Of a DNA stretch of 64,000 nt, positions 1-9,357 are shown one piece after another. This DNA is from a virus, in the IMG/VR virus record IMGVR_UViG_3300032220_001630, positions 1 to 64,000 of that record; one strand, written 5' to 3'. The notes under the pieces were generated by a model that saw nothing but the letters and a program-made list of their open reading frames with translations, was not told the DNA's origin and searched no databases. The translations under genes were made by a program, and so were the position numbers. Within the stretch, counting starts at the first letter, position 1. Every line of letters starts with the position of its first letter.

Positions 1-405
1 GTTGATAAAAACCCAGGTGTAATGGAACAGAAGTATAAATTCTCAAAAAGAAGATATGCAGGTGGAGCAGTTGATGACACTGGTGTAAAAGTTAGAATTG
101 AATTCGAAACTAACTTAGATGATAACAACAGTAACTACGTGTTTAAGACTCTTAGACAGTGGTCAGACTTAGTTTACAATCCTCTAACAGGGGCAACAGG
201 AATTAAATCTGTCTATGCTGGAGGAACTTATATTCTTATCTCTATGTTTAATAAACAAGGGGATGTATTCAGAAGAGTTAAATTAGTTAATTGCTTCCCT
301 GTTGATCAGATAAAAGCTATGGATCTTGATTATACTAATGGAACATCACCTTATAAAATTTCATTATCATTTAGAGCAGATTATTTCGAAGATTTATTTA
401 ACTAA
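1..405 (+). CDS. gp19: Tail tube protein (T4 gp19-like), 5'-truncated
   Basis: Frame is open from base 1. 'LRQWSDLVYNP..G', 'LVNCFP..I..MDLDY' and terminal 'SFRADYF' resemble the gp19 family. Followed by a terminator. Confidence 0.75.
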   Translation, partial: VDKNPGVMEQKYKFSKRRYAGGAVDDTGVKVRIEFETNLDDNNSNYVFKTLRQWSDLVYNPLTGATGIKSVYAGGTYILISMFNKQGDVFRRVKLVNCFPVDQIKAMDLDYTNGTSPYKISLSFRADYFEDLFN

Positions 406-436
406 TTTTTATTTATAATTATTGAATAATATATAC

Positions 437-465
437 ATGGAGACTCTACAAAGTCTCCATTTTTT
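437..465 (+). terminator. Intrinsic terminator
   Basis: ATGGAGACT-6 nt-AGTCTCCAT followed by a T run. Confidence 0.7.
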
Positions 466-519
466 ATGGAATCTGGTTCCGTCTAAAATGCACATCTAGA
501 AATAACATGGACGACAGTT

Positions 520-735
520 GTGAACAAAAAGAACAAACAAAAAATAGGATCAATCTGCCTAGTCTTAGCAACGTTCTTCAATCCCTTCGGATTCGATATC
601 CTTTTCGCGACAATCATGAAATGGACGAATTCTTACTGGCATACAGTTTCAATTTTCTACTTCCTTTCGGCACTCTTCTTTGGGTTATACTTTTTTTTAT
701 CCAGAGATAAGAAACTAAAAGAGGAAACAGAGTAA
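520..735 (+). CDS. Small two-TM membrane protein
   Basis: Two hydrophobic stretches with basic N-terminus and charged C-terminus; GTG start. Confidence 0.55.
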   Translation: MNKKNKQKIGSICLVLATFFNPFGFDILFATIMKWTNSYWHTVSIFYFLSALFFGLYFFLSRDKKLKEETE

Positions 736-788
736 AAAATGGAAGAGATAAAGTATTCCAAGGGTTTGGAAGAATAAAAAAAATAATT

Positions 789-1823
789 ATGGATATGAAT
801 CAAGACGATTACTTATTGGACCAGCTGTCTAAAAAAGAATCTAAATCCCAGTTTGAATATGACAAGGATGTAAGTGATTATAAGATTCCTGATTGGATCC
901 CAAATTCACAAGGAAATAATCAATCTACTCCTAACCCCGTTAATAACCAATCAAATACTAACAGCTTAGGAAAAGCAATAAGAACCCCAATGGGTATGGA
1001 ATCAGAATGGAAAAATATTCCAGTTGAATCCCTTCCATCCAGAGGATTTGGATATCCAGAAGGATTTGAAATAGCTATTAAAGCTGCTGAAGTTAAGGAG
1101 ATTAGACAATATTCAACAGTAGATGAAGCTGATAGAATAGATCTAGACGAAAAACTAAACACCATTATATCTAAATGTATGAAGATAAGATGGAATGGTG
1201 GATTTCTAGAGCATTATGATTTATGGTACGAAGATAGATTTTTCGTGATAATGTCAATAAGAGATTTAACTTTTATTAAAGGAGAGAATAGAATACTTCT
1301 TCCAGTCACTAAAAATTGCTCTAAACCTGACTGCGAAATAGCAGATCAGATAGAATTAAAAGCTAATCTTTTAGATAGCTTTGTAATGGAGGATGAAATA
1401 CTAAAAAGATACAGTAGAGACACATTCTCTTTTAAATTTGTTCCTAAGGATGGAAGTCCGGAAATGAATCTTTACATTCCTACAGTTGGTGTGACTACTG
1501 TATGCAGAAAAATAATAAAAGACAAGAAAGAAAAAGGTAAAAAATTCGATGAGAGTTTTGCAAATATTGCAACCTTTATTATACCAGACTGGAGAGGTCT
1601 AGATGAAAGAACATATGATCAATATGAGAGAGCATCTAATGAATGGACTCCGCTACAATTCTCAATCGCAGATCAGATAAGTTCAAAGATCAACTTTGCA
1701 ACTAAATCAAGAATTTATAGTAAATGTAATAGCTGTGGTGGGGAGGTCACAGCACAAATATCATTTCCCAGAGGGTACAGATCTCTTTTCGTTATTTCAG
1801 ATATCTTTAGCCAATTACTTTGA
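789..1823 (+). CDS. gp26: Baseplate hub assembly protein (T4 gp26-like)
   Basis: 'LPSRG..Y', 'DRFFVIMSIRDLT', two Cys pairs (CSKPDC, CNSCG); lies after the tail tube gene. Confidence 0.65.
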   Translation: MDMNQDDYLLDQLSKKESKSQFEYDKDVSDYKIPDWIPNSQGNNQSTPNPVNNQSNTNSLGKAIRTPMGMESEWKNIPVESLPSRGFGYPEGFEIAIKAAEVKEIRQYSTVDEADRIDLDEKLNTIISKCMKIRWNGGFLEHYDLWYEDRFFVIMSIRDLTFIKGENRILLPVTKNCSKPDCEIADQIELKANLLDSFVMEDEILKRYSRDTFSFKFVPKDGSPEMNLYIPTVGVTTVCRKIIKDKKEKGKKFDESFANIATFIIPDWRGLDERTYDQYERASNEWTPLQFSIADQISSKINFATKSRIYSKCNSCGGEVTAQISFPRGYRSLFVISDIFSQLL

Positions 1824-2001
1824 TATTAAATTCCGTCTATGGGAAGAATATAAGCTATCTATTGACTCATTAGAGAAACTTCCATTCTATGAATATCAGT
1901 TGTTTATAGACAAATTAAACGAGAAAATAGAAGCGGAAAATAAAAAGAATGCTCAAGGAGATCTAGTTGAAGCTTTCTCATTTTCAAAACCAAAAATATA
2001 A
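1696..2001 (+). CDS. gp51: Baseplate hub assembly catalyst (gp51-like); start uncertain, possibly reached by frameshift
   Basis: 'SLANYF..KFRLWEEYKLSIDSLEKLPFYEYQLFIDKLNEKIEAEN' resembles the gp51 pattern; no ATG in the ORF. Confidence 0.55.
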   Translation: MQLNQEFIVNVIAVVGRSQHKYHFPEGTDLFSLFQISLANYFDIKFRLWEEYKLSIDSLEKLPFYEYQLFIDKLNEKIEAENKKNAQGDLVEAFSFSKPKI

Positions 2002-2038
2002 CAGAAAGTATTTTTTGGGTATATAAGTAAAAAATACA

Positions 2039-3799
2039 TTGGCTGACGAAAAGGAATTCCCAATTTTTAAATCAGAAGGTGAAGCTTTTGATAGGGCTAA
2101 AATAAACCAAGAAGTAAACTCTGGTAATACAGGAGCAATCACCAGAGAGATTGGTGATGCAATGAGAGACGCAGACTCTGTATCTAAGGAGGCCAAAAAA
2201 TTCTACGATCAATCTTTTAATGAAGATATAAAAGCTTTAGATCCCGCATACGATCCCAATTCTATTTACTATACTTCAGCATATTCAAATCAGGGATCTG
2301 ATAAAAAGAATATAGAAAAAAGAATAGAAAAAGGTGAGGCAGTAGACGGTAAGGAAATAGTAGACATGGCACAAAAAGCAGCCTATAATAAGGTTGAAAA
2401 TGCCAAGGTATTAAAAACTGGTACTGTAACAAAAATAGTAGAGAATATAGGAGCACGCCAAATAAAAGATATGGAAGCTTTCGAAGACGTAAAAAGCGAA
2501 TTCGACTCTAAAATAAAATCTGAAAAATATAATTTTGATAAGCTATTTAGTTCACTATATAGTATTCTGAATGAAATAAATAATCCTGGCCCAACTGGTG
2601 TTCCGTCTGGTGTTTTTACACCAGAGAATAATGCGATTATATCTGCCCTAGCTAAAATACTAGAGAAAGAAGGTTTTGACAGCGAGAGTGTTAAGGCTAT
2701 GTCTGCTAAGTATGATGAAAACACCACTAAATTAACAGAGAAAGTAGGGGGATCTATAGAAAAAGCTGGGGAGGAGAAAAAGACAGAGGAGAAAAAATCT
2801 GAAGCAGGCGTTACCGGTGCAGAACAAAAATTAGAATCTAAAAATGAAAATGCTGCTAGTGCAACAGGAGCAACAGGAGCAGCTATAGAATCGGCACCAA
2901 AAACCACTGCAGAATCTCCAGTAGAAGGTGCAAAAACTGAGGTGGGTGAAACTAAAGTAGGTGAAAATGCGACCGGTGCATCTGCAACTGGTGCACAATC
3001 TCAATTACTTAATAAAGAAGGGGGTACAGGGGATAAATCTGGAGCTACCGGCATAGAGGGAAGCAAAAACGAATCAGAGATGATAAGAGGTTCTCAAGCA
3101 GGTGCGGATTTCCTAAAAGAAATGTTCGGGGGTATTCTTGGTCTATCTGAAGCAGGCGGAACTGGAGAAGCACAAAAGCTGGAAAGTAGAGGGGTAGAGC
3201 TAGCAAAAGGTATAGTAGGTGATAAAAGTGAAACGGGATCAACTGGGGGATCAACTGGGGGAGGTCCAGAGAAATTAGAATCAAAGACTGAGATAAAAAC
3301 TGAAACAAAGGCTGGTGAAAATAAAGAGGGTCCAAAATCCATAGAATCTAACAATACATCGATTACCTCTGATAAAACAGGTTCAAATAATCCAACTAAC
3401 CCAGAGAATGTTTCAACTGTAGAAAAAATTCAAGAAAAAGTTGGGGCTTCCCCTGAAACTTTTGCAAAATCGGAAGGTATAAAAGAAACCGTTACCCAAA
3501 AGCTGAGTAGTTCAATTTCTCCGGAGAAGGTATCTAACGAGAAACCAAACCAACCAACTACAAGTACGGTAGGAGAAGATAATTCTTCCCAAGCAAAAAC
3601 TGAAAATTCTACTACACAGGAAGGTGGAGCAGGAACAGAAAAAAAAGAGGAGCCTAGTAAATCAGGTGAATCTGAGGGAAGCAATTCGATGGAGGAACTA
3701 TCAAAGAAAATGGAAGCAATGGTAGGTCTTCTTTCACAGCTAAATGACACCCTTTCGGGTCCATTGTTAGTAACTCCGACAACAAAAAAGTTTGACTGA
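2039..3799 (+). CDS. Low-complexity structural protein, possibly baseplate hub/tape-measure-like
   Basis: 586 aa, TTG start, G/T/E/K-rich with GATG motifs; follows gp26/gp51; variant late motif GGTATATA at 2018. Confidence 0.4.
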   Translation: MADEKEFPIFKSEGEAFDRAKINQEVNSGNTGAITREIGDAMRDADSVSKEAKKFYDQSFNEDIKALDPAYDPNSIYYTSAYSNQGSDKKNIEKRIEKGEAVDGKEIVDMAQKAAYNKVENAKVLKTGTVTKIVENIGARQIKDMEAFEDVKSEFDSKIKSEKYNFDKLFSSLYSILNEINNPGPTGVPSGVFTPENNAIISALAKILEKEGFDSESVKAMSAKYDENTTKLTEKVGGSIEKAGEEKKTEEKKSEAGVTGAEQKLESKNENAASATGATGAAIESAPKTTAESPVEGAKTEVGETKVGENATGASATGAQSQLLNKEGGTGDKSGATGIEGSKNESEMIRGSQAGADFLKEMFGGILGLSEAGGTGEAQKLESRGVELAKGIVGDKSETGSTGGSTGGGPEKLESKTEIKTETKAGENKEGPKSIESNNTSITSDKTGSNNPTNPENVSTVEKIQEKVGASPETFAKSEGIKETVTQKLSSSISPEKVSNEKPNQPTTSTVGEDNSSQAKTENSTTQEGGAGTEKKEEPSKSGESEGSNSMEELSKKMEAMVGLLSQLNDTLSGPLLVTPTTKKFD

Positions 3800-3824
3800 T
3801 GTTTACTTTTTAAAAAACATCTCT

Positions 3825-3832
3825 TATATTTG
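3825..3832 (+). promoter_or_regulatory. Bacteroidota-type -7 promoter element TAnnTTTG
   Basis: TATATTTG in the intergenic gap before the operon that contains the ECF-like sigma. Confidence 0.55.
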
Positions 3833-3858
3833 TAACTAACTAAATAAAATAAATTAAA

Positions 3859-4128
3859 ATGACGAAAAATTACGAGATCACTAAGGAGCTCAGAAAGGCA
3901 TCGGTTGATTTTTTAACAACCTACGCTAACTATGGCAAATGTTTGGAAAATTTAAGTAACGAGGAAAAATCAGAATTTACAGAAGAGGAAGTCAATGAAA
4001 TCCTAAATCTGCTTGGCAGCTTCCGTCTTCGCGATGTATTCCATGTAGTAGAAAGATTTAAAGTAGAGGTTACACAACTCAAATCAGAACAAAGTGAACC
4101 CACAACTACTACAGAGCAAGCAGGATAA
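3859..4128 (+). CDS. Hypothetical protein
   Basis: 89-aa ORF, A-rich start context, first gene of an operon. Confidence 0.7.
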   Translation: MTKNYEITKELRKASVDFLTTYANYGKCLENLSNEEKSEFTEEEVNEILNLLGSFRLRDVFHVVERFKVEVTQLKSEQSEPTTTTEQAG

Positions 4129-4528
4129 AATAGATAGGTTATATTTAAGGATGGCTTCTGTATGGGCCGAAAATTCTCACTGTAAGAGAAGTAAGGTCGG
4201 TTGCTTAATAGTCAACAATAGAAGAATAATATCTGACGGATATAACGGTACACCCTCAGGCTTTCCTAATGAATGCGAGGATTGCGATAATAAAACATAC
4301 CCCATAGTTCTACACGCCGAGGCTAACGCTATAACTAAAATAGCAACCAGTACCAACACTTCAGAAGGTGCTACCTTATATGTAACTCTCTCTCCGTGTT
4401 TTGATTGCGCTAAGTTGATAATTCAGGCAGGAATAAAAAGAATTGTCTTCTCAGAGCTATACAGAAACACGGATTCATTCGAACTCTTTAAACACGCAGG
4501 AATTGAAATAAAACAACTAGAAATTTAA
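4094..4528 (+). CDS. cd: dCMP deaminase
   Basis: HAEANAI and SPCFDC zinc motifs; GYNGTPSG. Confidence 0.92.
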   Translation: MNPQLLQSKQDKIDRLYLRMASVWAENSHCKRSKVGCLIVNNRRIISDGYNGTPSGFPNECEDCDNKTYPIVLHAEANAITKIATSTNTSEGATLYVTLSPCFDCAKLIIQAGIKRIVFSELYRNTDSFELFKHAGIEIKQLEI

Positions 4529-4541
4529 AAAAATCAGGAAA

Positions 4542-5165
4542 ATGGCAGCAAAAAACATTCAGGAATTGGCAGAAAGCTTTATGCGGACTTCGTCAGAGAA
4601 GGATTTCGTAGAGCTTTACAAAAGAATTAAACCAGGACTTTTAAACCACTGTAAATCCATTTTGGTGGAGCAAGAAGCAGCAGAAGATGCTGTCTCAAAT
4701 ACAATGGCTAAGATCTGGACAAAAATAGCCCAGTACGATCCTCTTAGAGGAAATTTCTCAACTTGGGTTTATAATATAGCTAGGAACGAATCACTAGTTA
4801 TAAAAAAATGTGAGGATAGGTATATGCCTATCATACAAGAGATCATAAAAAATTCAGATGATAGTTCAGATGATCCGCAAATCTCTATAAATAAATTCGA
4901 AGAGGATAATTCGTTCGAGGTCACTTTCAGTAACGAGGATCAGAATGAGATGGAGGGATTATACGAGAACGTCATAGAAAAAATGAAAGGTCTTCCTGCT
5001 ATTTATAAAGATATTCTTTTCGATAGAGAAATACTAAGAATGAAATATCAGGACATAGCAGACAAGCACGGAATGAAGAAAAGAGCGATAGCAACAAGAA
5101 TAAGAAGAGCAAGATTAAAGGTGAGAGAAATGTTCCCTGGAATAAATCTTACTTTTAACGATTGA
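4542..5165 (+). CDS. ECF-like sigma-70 factor
   Basis: Region 2 'AEDAVS..MAKIW...YDP.RGNFSTWVYNIARN'; region 4 HTH 'MKYQDIAD..GM...AIATRIRRAR'. Confidence 0.88.
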   Translation: MAAKNIQELAESFMRTSSEKDFVELYKRIKPGLLNHCKSILVEQEAAEDAVSNTMAKIWTKIAQYDPLRGNFSTWVYNIARNESLVIKKCEDRYMPIIQEIIKNSDDSSDDPQISINKFEEDNSFEVTFSNEDQNEMEGLYENVIEKMKGLPAIYKDILFDREILRMKYQDIADKHGMKKRAIATRIRRARLKVREMFPGINLTFND

Positions 5166-5237
5166 TATCTTTACAATCCATTTTTGTAGATCAGCTGTAA
5201 CTTTTCCTTCCATATAATCTAAGAATAGAAAAGAGTC

Positions 5238-5699
5238 ATGAATTACCCTTTCAAAAGAGTTATCACAGATATAAAGAATTACAGGTTCCTTAAAAAAACC
5301 ATTAATCAAAATTTGGGAACTGTAGAATGGGAAAAATTTAAACTAAGAACTGATTGGATCGGAAGAATTTACACAGTTGTAAATCTTCCACCTGAAGTTA
5401 TCTATTCTCCTGATGCACCAGAGCAAATTAGACCTGCTTACGTTTTAGAGGAGACAAGACAGCTAAACGAATACCTTACTAGGCTAAATCTCCAAGAGAT
5501 TATTATGCCCGAGTTAACACCAATACCAAATTCAATTTCGTATCTGGTTGTTTATAAGCCATATTTTCAGAGATTATCGACTCGATGGTTTTTATATAGA
5601 ATCGCAGGTATAACTATAGCTATCTGGACACAGCATAAATTTGGTTTATTTGATTGGTGTTGGTCTCTACTGAAACAATTATATGGATTTATCCTCTAA
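5238..5699 (+). CDS. Hypothetical protein with hydrophobic C-terminus
   Basis: 153-aa ORF in operon. Confidence 0.65.
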   Translation: MNYPFKRVITDIKNYRFLKKTINQNLGTVEWEKFKLRTDWIGRIYTVVNLPPEVIYSPDAPEQIRPAYVLEETRQLNEYLTRLNLQEIIMPELTPIPNSISYLVVYKPYFQRLSTRWFLYRIAGITIAIWTQHKFGLFDWCWSLLKQLYGFIL

Positions 5700-6441
5700 T
5701 CTCTCGATAAACAGAAAGCAGTATCCTTGGGGTAGGGCTTATATAGTAGAGCAACCTGGCAAAGAAACATTAATACTTCCTTCAGTAACAACAATTCTGA
5801 AGCTCGTAAAAATAGAAAAATACGAGAAGATGAGAGAAGAGCTTGGGGAAGAAAAAATGACTGTGATAATGAATAATGCCTCAGAGAGAGGAAATATTCT
5901 ACACAGAATGCTTGAGTTATTTCTTTTAGAATGGGCAAGAGAAAGAAATGTTGAAAGATCTCTTAAGAAAGCTCAAATCTATGCTATAGAGGAGGCAAGA
6001 AAAGACGGGGGTATTAACGCCAAATTAGTCGAAAGAGGGAGAAACCTTTTCTGGAATTTCTACCATGACAGATTTTGGGAGAACATTTCAGAAATAGTCG
6101 AAAATGAAATATTTCTGTACACTATTTTCAAAGGAGGTTGGGCAGGAGCTTCGGATTTTGTTTATAGAGATCTAAATCAGTATTTGATAGTGGAAGATTT
6201 TAAATCTGCTACATTTGCTAAAGACGAAGACGAAATACTTGCTTATAAGCTACAAATATCAGCATATATGTTTATGTGTGCAGAAAAATATAAGGAAGTT
6301 CCTAAAATGGGTAGAATAAGGATATCTAATGAGAATTCAGCTGATCTTCAAACTTTTACCGTCCATGACTATGAGATGAAAGGTTACCTAAAAACGTTCT
6401 TAGATCTCTTAGAAGAATTTAAAAAAATCAATAACATCTAG
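5683..6441 (+). CDS. PD-(D/E)XK exonuclease
   Basis: 'LPSVTTIL', 'RGNILH', 'AGASD', 'DFKS', 'LQISAY'. Confidence 0.82.
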   Translation: MDLSSNLSINRKQYPWGRAYIVEQPGKETLILPSVTTILKLVKIEKYEKMREELGEEKMTVIMNNASERGNILHRMLELFLLEWARERNVERSLKKAQIYAIEEARKDGGINAKLVERGRNLFWNFYHDRFWENISEIVENEIFLYTIFKGGWAGASDFVYRDLNQYLIVEDFKSATFAKDEDEILAYKLQISAYMFMCAEKYKEVPKMGRIRISNENSADLQTFTVHDYEMKGYLKTFLDLLEEFKKINNI

Positions 6442-6470
6442 AAACTTATCCACATTATTAACTATAAAAA
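6441..6470 (+). promoter_or_regulatory. Candidate middle (ECF-type) promoter GAAACTTA-N-TAAAA
   Basis: The same bipartite motif recurs at 16623, 26892 and 47575, always upstream of a gene start. Confidence 0.55.
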
Positions 6471-6484
6471 TAAAAATCAATAAA

Positions 6485-6976
6485 ATGAATAACGAAAGTA
6501 ATCTAACGGTAGAGAATAACGAAGAGGTATTAGAAAAATTCATCAGCAATGTTGACCAGGAAAAAGTGTCAGCGCTAAAGAAAGAGATTGAAGAATATAA
6601 ACAATCCCTTTCTGGTAAAGAGTATGCAGTTTCTCTTGATAAGAATATCTTAGCAAGATTCGAAAAGTTCATGAAGCAAGAAGTTCAATGGAGATCTAAA
6701 GAAGCTCTTGGAGTTCTAGAAATTCTTAAAAGAATCGAATCTATTAAAAAAGAAGGCATTAAAGATGGTGTTGGCTATTTCACTAATCTAGAGGTAGAAG
6801 CTTCACACTATTTCATTTTGAAATGGGAAGGAAAAGGTGAAAAAGAAATCGCAGACTTCGTTACTCTATGGAAAACTTTCGAAGAAACATTAATGCTTAT
6901 CCACCAGGATAACGCTAAATTTGAAAATCTTAAAAAGCAATTACAGGCTGCTGAGCAAGGAATCGAATTAGAATAA
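6485..6976 (+). CDS. Hypothetical protein
   Basis: 163-aa helical ORF between a promoter motif and a terminator. Confidence 0.7.
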   Translation: MNNESNLTVENNEEVLEKFISNVDQEKVSALKKEIEEYKQSLSGKEYAVSLDKNILARFEKFMKQEVQWRSKEALGVLEILKRIESIKKEGIKDGVGYFTNLEVEASHYFILKWEGKGEKEIADFVTLWKTFEETLMLIHQDNAKFENLKKQLQAAEQGIELE

Positions 6977-6998
6977 ATCTATTAACTATCGCACAATC

Positions 6999-7030
6999 AA
7001 AAGACTCGGTTTGTTCCGGGTCTTTTTTTT
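6999..7030 (+). terminator. Intrinsic terminator
   Basis: AAAAGACTCGG-tttgtt-CCGGGTCTTTTTTTT. Confidence 0.75.
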
Positions 7031-7032
7031 GC

Positions 7033-7040
7033 GATATATA
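7033..7040 (+). promoter_or_regulatory. Candidate late promoter GATATATA
   Basis: Motif recurs about 15 times just upstream of gene starts, strand-matched. Confidence 0.65.
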
Positions 7041-7045
7041 ATAAT

Positions 7046-8158
7046 ATGAAAAGGAAAATCTTACCTTGGATAATAGCACTTTCAGCTTTATCGGTATCTG
7101 CATCTGCTGCATTTTATTCTGTATCTGGTCTTGGAAAAATGTTTGCTGGTGCATCTTTACAAGTTATGATTCTAGCAGGTAGTCTAGAATTTGCTAAATT
7201 AGTTACTGCTTCATTACTTTATGAATATTGGAGCAAATTAAACAGAGCTTTAAAGTATTACCTTCTAATAGCGACATTTATTCTTATCGCTATCACATCT
7301 GCTGGTATTTATGGGTTCTTATCTTCAGCTTATCAAGAAACCGCTTTTAAAGTGGAAAACCAGGACAAAAATGTGGGTATGCTAGATAAGAGGATATTAA
7401 TTATCCAGTCTGAGCTATCTAGCTACGAAAAACAGGTGGAACAAAAAAATAACAGATTAACTCAGATAACCAATATTAGGTCAAATCTACAAGGAACACA
7501 GGATCAATTAATAGCTCAATCTAAATCAACCTCCGCAGTAAGACAACAAATAAAAGAAATTGATTCGGAAATAAAAAGAATTGATTCGGAAGTATCAGTA
7601 CTAAATGATTCTATTTCTTCTAAAAATGTACAGATAACAGATCTGGAGACGAAAAAGATAGATGCTTCATCTGATGAGGAACTTGCAAAAGAGGTTGGTC
7701 CTCTTAAATACATAGCAAGCTTAACCGGTAAGAGCTTAGCAGAAGTCGTAAACTGGTATATTATAGTCTTAATGCTCGTTTTTGATCCATTAGCAATAGC
7801 TTTGGTTCTAGCTGCTAACTTTGCTTTCAGTAAGAGTAAAGAGGAGGATAAGGATCAAGAAGAGACGAAAACAAAGGAAGAAGAGACACAAGAAGAATAC
7901 ACTGAATTAGAAATTGAAGAGACCAAAGAAGAAAATCCTATTGATATAAAGTTTAGAGATGATATATCAGATCCTTTATTAGATATTAAGGAGATAGCTA
8001 AAAAGGAGGAGGAAAATATACAAGAGGAGCCCCAGAATTTAGATCAGCCAAGTGATAAATACAGTAATGGAGAATTTGGTGGATATAAAGCGAAAGGAAT
8101 GCCTCCTGTAGATTATATGCCTCCTCAAAATTCAACAAATCCTTTAAGTTTAAGATGA
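7046..8158 (+). CDS. Membrane protein with long coiled coil
   Basis: Three N-terminal TM segments, central heptad region, a fourth TM ('VFDPLAIALVLA') and an acidic tail. Confidence 0.7.
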   Translation: MKRKILPWIIALSALSVSASAAFYSVSGLGKMFAGASLQVMILAGSLEFAKLVTASLLYEYWSKLNRALKYYLLIATFILIAITSAGIYGFLSSAYQETAFKVENQDKNVGMLDKRILIIQSELSSYEKQVEQKNNRLTQITNIRSNLQGTQDQLIAQSKSTSAVRQQIKEIDSEIKRIDSEVSVLNDSISSKNVQITDLETKKIDASSDEELAKEVGPLKYIASLTGKSLAEVVNWYIIVLMLVFDPLAIALVLAANFAFSKSKEEDKDQEETKTKEEETQEEYTELEIEETKEENPIDIKFRDDISDPLLDIKEIAKKEEENIQEEPQNLDQPSDKYSNGEFGGYKAKGMPPVDYMPPQNSTNPLSLR

Positions 8159-8736
8159 TAAAACCAGTATATACAACCGATACTCAATACATAAAATACC
8201 TAGACTGTAATCCTGGTGTTTACAGAAGAGTTGTTTTTCAATCATGTAATCTTGATATCAAAGAGGGATCTAATATCCTATCAAGTACATCTCTTTGTAA
8301 TTTTAAGTTAGAATCACTAGGAAATTCAGAACTTGGTGGATGCGGAGGAAATCTCAAGAAAAACATAACTCTTGCAGCTGGAGCAAATTATATACTAACT
8401 GCACCAGAAATAGGACAAGCGCAGGGAGAAGTACAGATGATTGTTGTTAAGGTTAAGTATAAAAAGGAACAGGCCGTAGAAGATAGGTATTTAACATGGG
8501 AATATAAAGGAAACGTATATCCTCTTTATTCTTTGATGTTTTTATCAGGAAGAACTGAACCTGATATTCCTTGGCAAGGATGGGATCTAAGTTATTATTC
8601 AAATAATCCCCCTTCACCCTCTTTTTCGCCAGCTTTATATCCTCCAGTAACATCACCAGACAATACTTTCGGAGGTATTATGTTTACTAATCCCGGAATT
8701 TATGAGGTAGATCTGGAAATATTAATTTTTAACTAA
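8155..8736 (+). CDS. Hypothetical beta-rich protein, paralogue of the next gene
   Basis: Shares FQxCNL, SLC, GWDL and GGxxxxNP motifs with 8736-9233. Confidence 0.65.
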   Translation: MIKPVYTTDTQYIKYLDCNPGVYRRVVFQSCNLDIKEGSNILSSTSLCNFKLESLGNSELGGCGGNLKKNITLAAGANYILTAPEIGQAQGEVQMIVVKVKYKKEQAVEDRYLTWEYKGNVYPLYSLMFLSGRTEPDIPWQGWDLSYYSNNPPSPSFSPALYPPVTSPDNTFGGIMFTNPGIYEVDLEILIFN

Positions 8737-9233
8737 TGGCAACAGCTCCACAAGTATGTAACACGATAGAATTTGAGGGTGTAATCTTTCAGAGATGTAA
8801 CTTACAAGTAGTTCAAGGAACAACAGTTCTTAGAGAATTATCTCTTTGTGATACTGATATTATCATAAATAATTTTTCAACTTTCAGTGGTTGTGTTTAT
8901 GGAAATTCGTCTCTACTACTTAATTCTGAAGGATTAGGAGAGCTTTCTTTTATAATGATAAAGGCCAGTTACCCGTCAACCTTACCGGTTGCTAGTAGAT
9001 TTATAAACATAATCTATAACGGCGCATATCTGCCGATGAGTAATCTTACAATTTTAACAGGAAATCCTAGCGATACTTCACCATCTATTCCTAATAGAGG
9101 ATGGGATTTAGATCCTAATGGAAGCGATATAGAATCACCATATTTCTCTAGCGGAGGAATGATATTATACAACCCACATTCAGTAAGAGTAAACGTGGAA
9201 GTTGTACTTGCAGGTGAATTTTTAACTTCTTAA
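8736..9233 (+). CDS. Hypothetical beta-rich protein, paralogue of the previous gene
   Basis: Same shared motifs; TAATG stop/start coupling. Confidence 0.65.
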   Translation: MATAPQVCNTIEFEGVIFQRCNLQVVQGTTVLRELSLCDTDIIINNFSTFSGCVYGNSSLLLNSEGLGELSFIMIKASYPSTLPVASRFINIIYNGAYLPMSNLTILTGNPSDTSPSIPNRGWDLDPNGSDIESPYFSSGGMILYNPHSVRVNVEVVLAGEFLTS

Positions 9234-9286
9234 ACATCATGAGCTATTGTTCTCTAATTATATAGGCATTTTAATATCTATAAGAG

Positions 9287-9339
9287 GATATATAACTTTT
9301 AAATGAAACAAGAAAATCTCTAATAGAATAAGATATATA
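9287..9339 (+). promoter_or_regulatory. Tandem candidate late promoters
   Basis: GATATATA at 9287-9294 and 9332-9339. Confidence 0.6.
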
Positions 9340-9357
9340 CTAAAAAAGCGAATCAAA

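Noticed and set aside
739-777. 12-codon mini-ORF MEEIKYSKGLEE before gp26
   Set aside because: Too short to support without conservation or ribosome-profiling data
5683-6441. Cas4 / CRISPR association
   Set aside because: No four-Cys Fe-S motif, array or other cas gene
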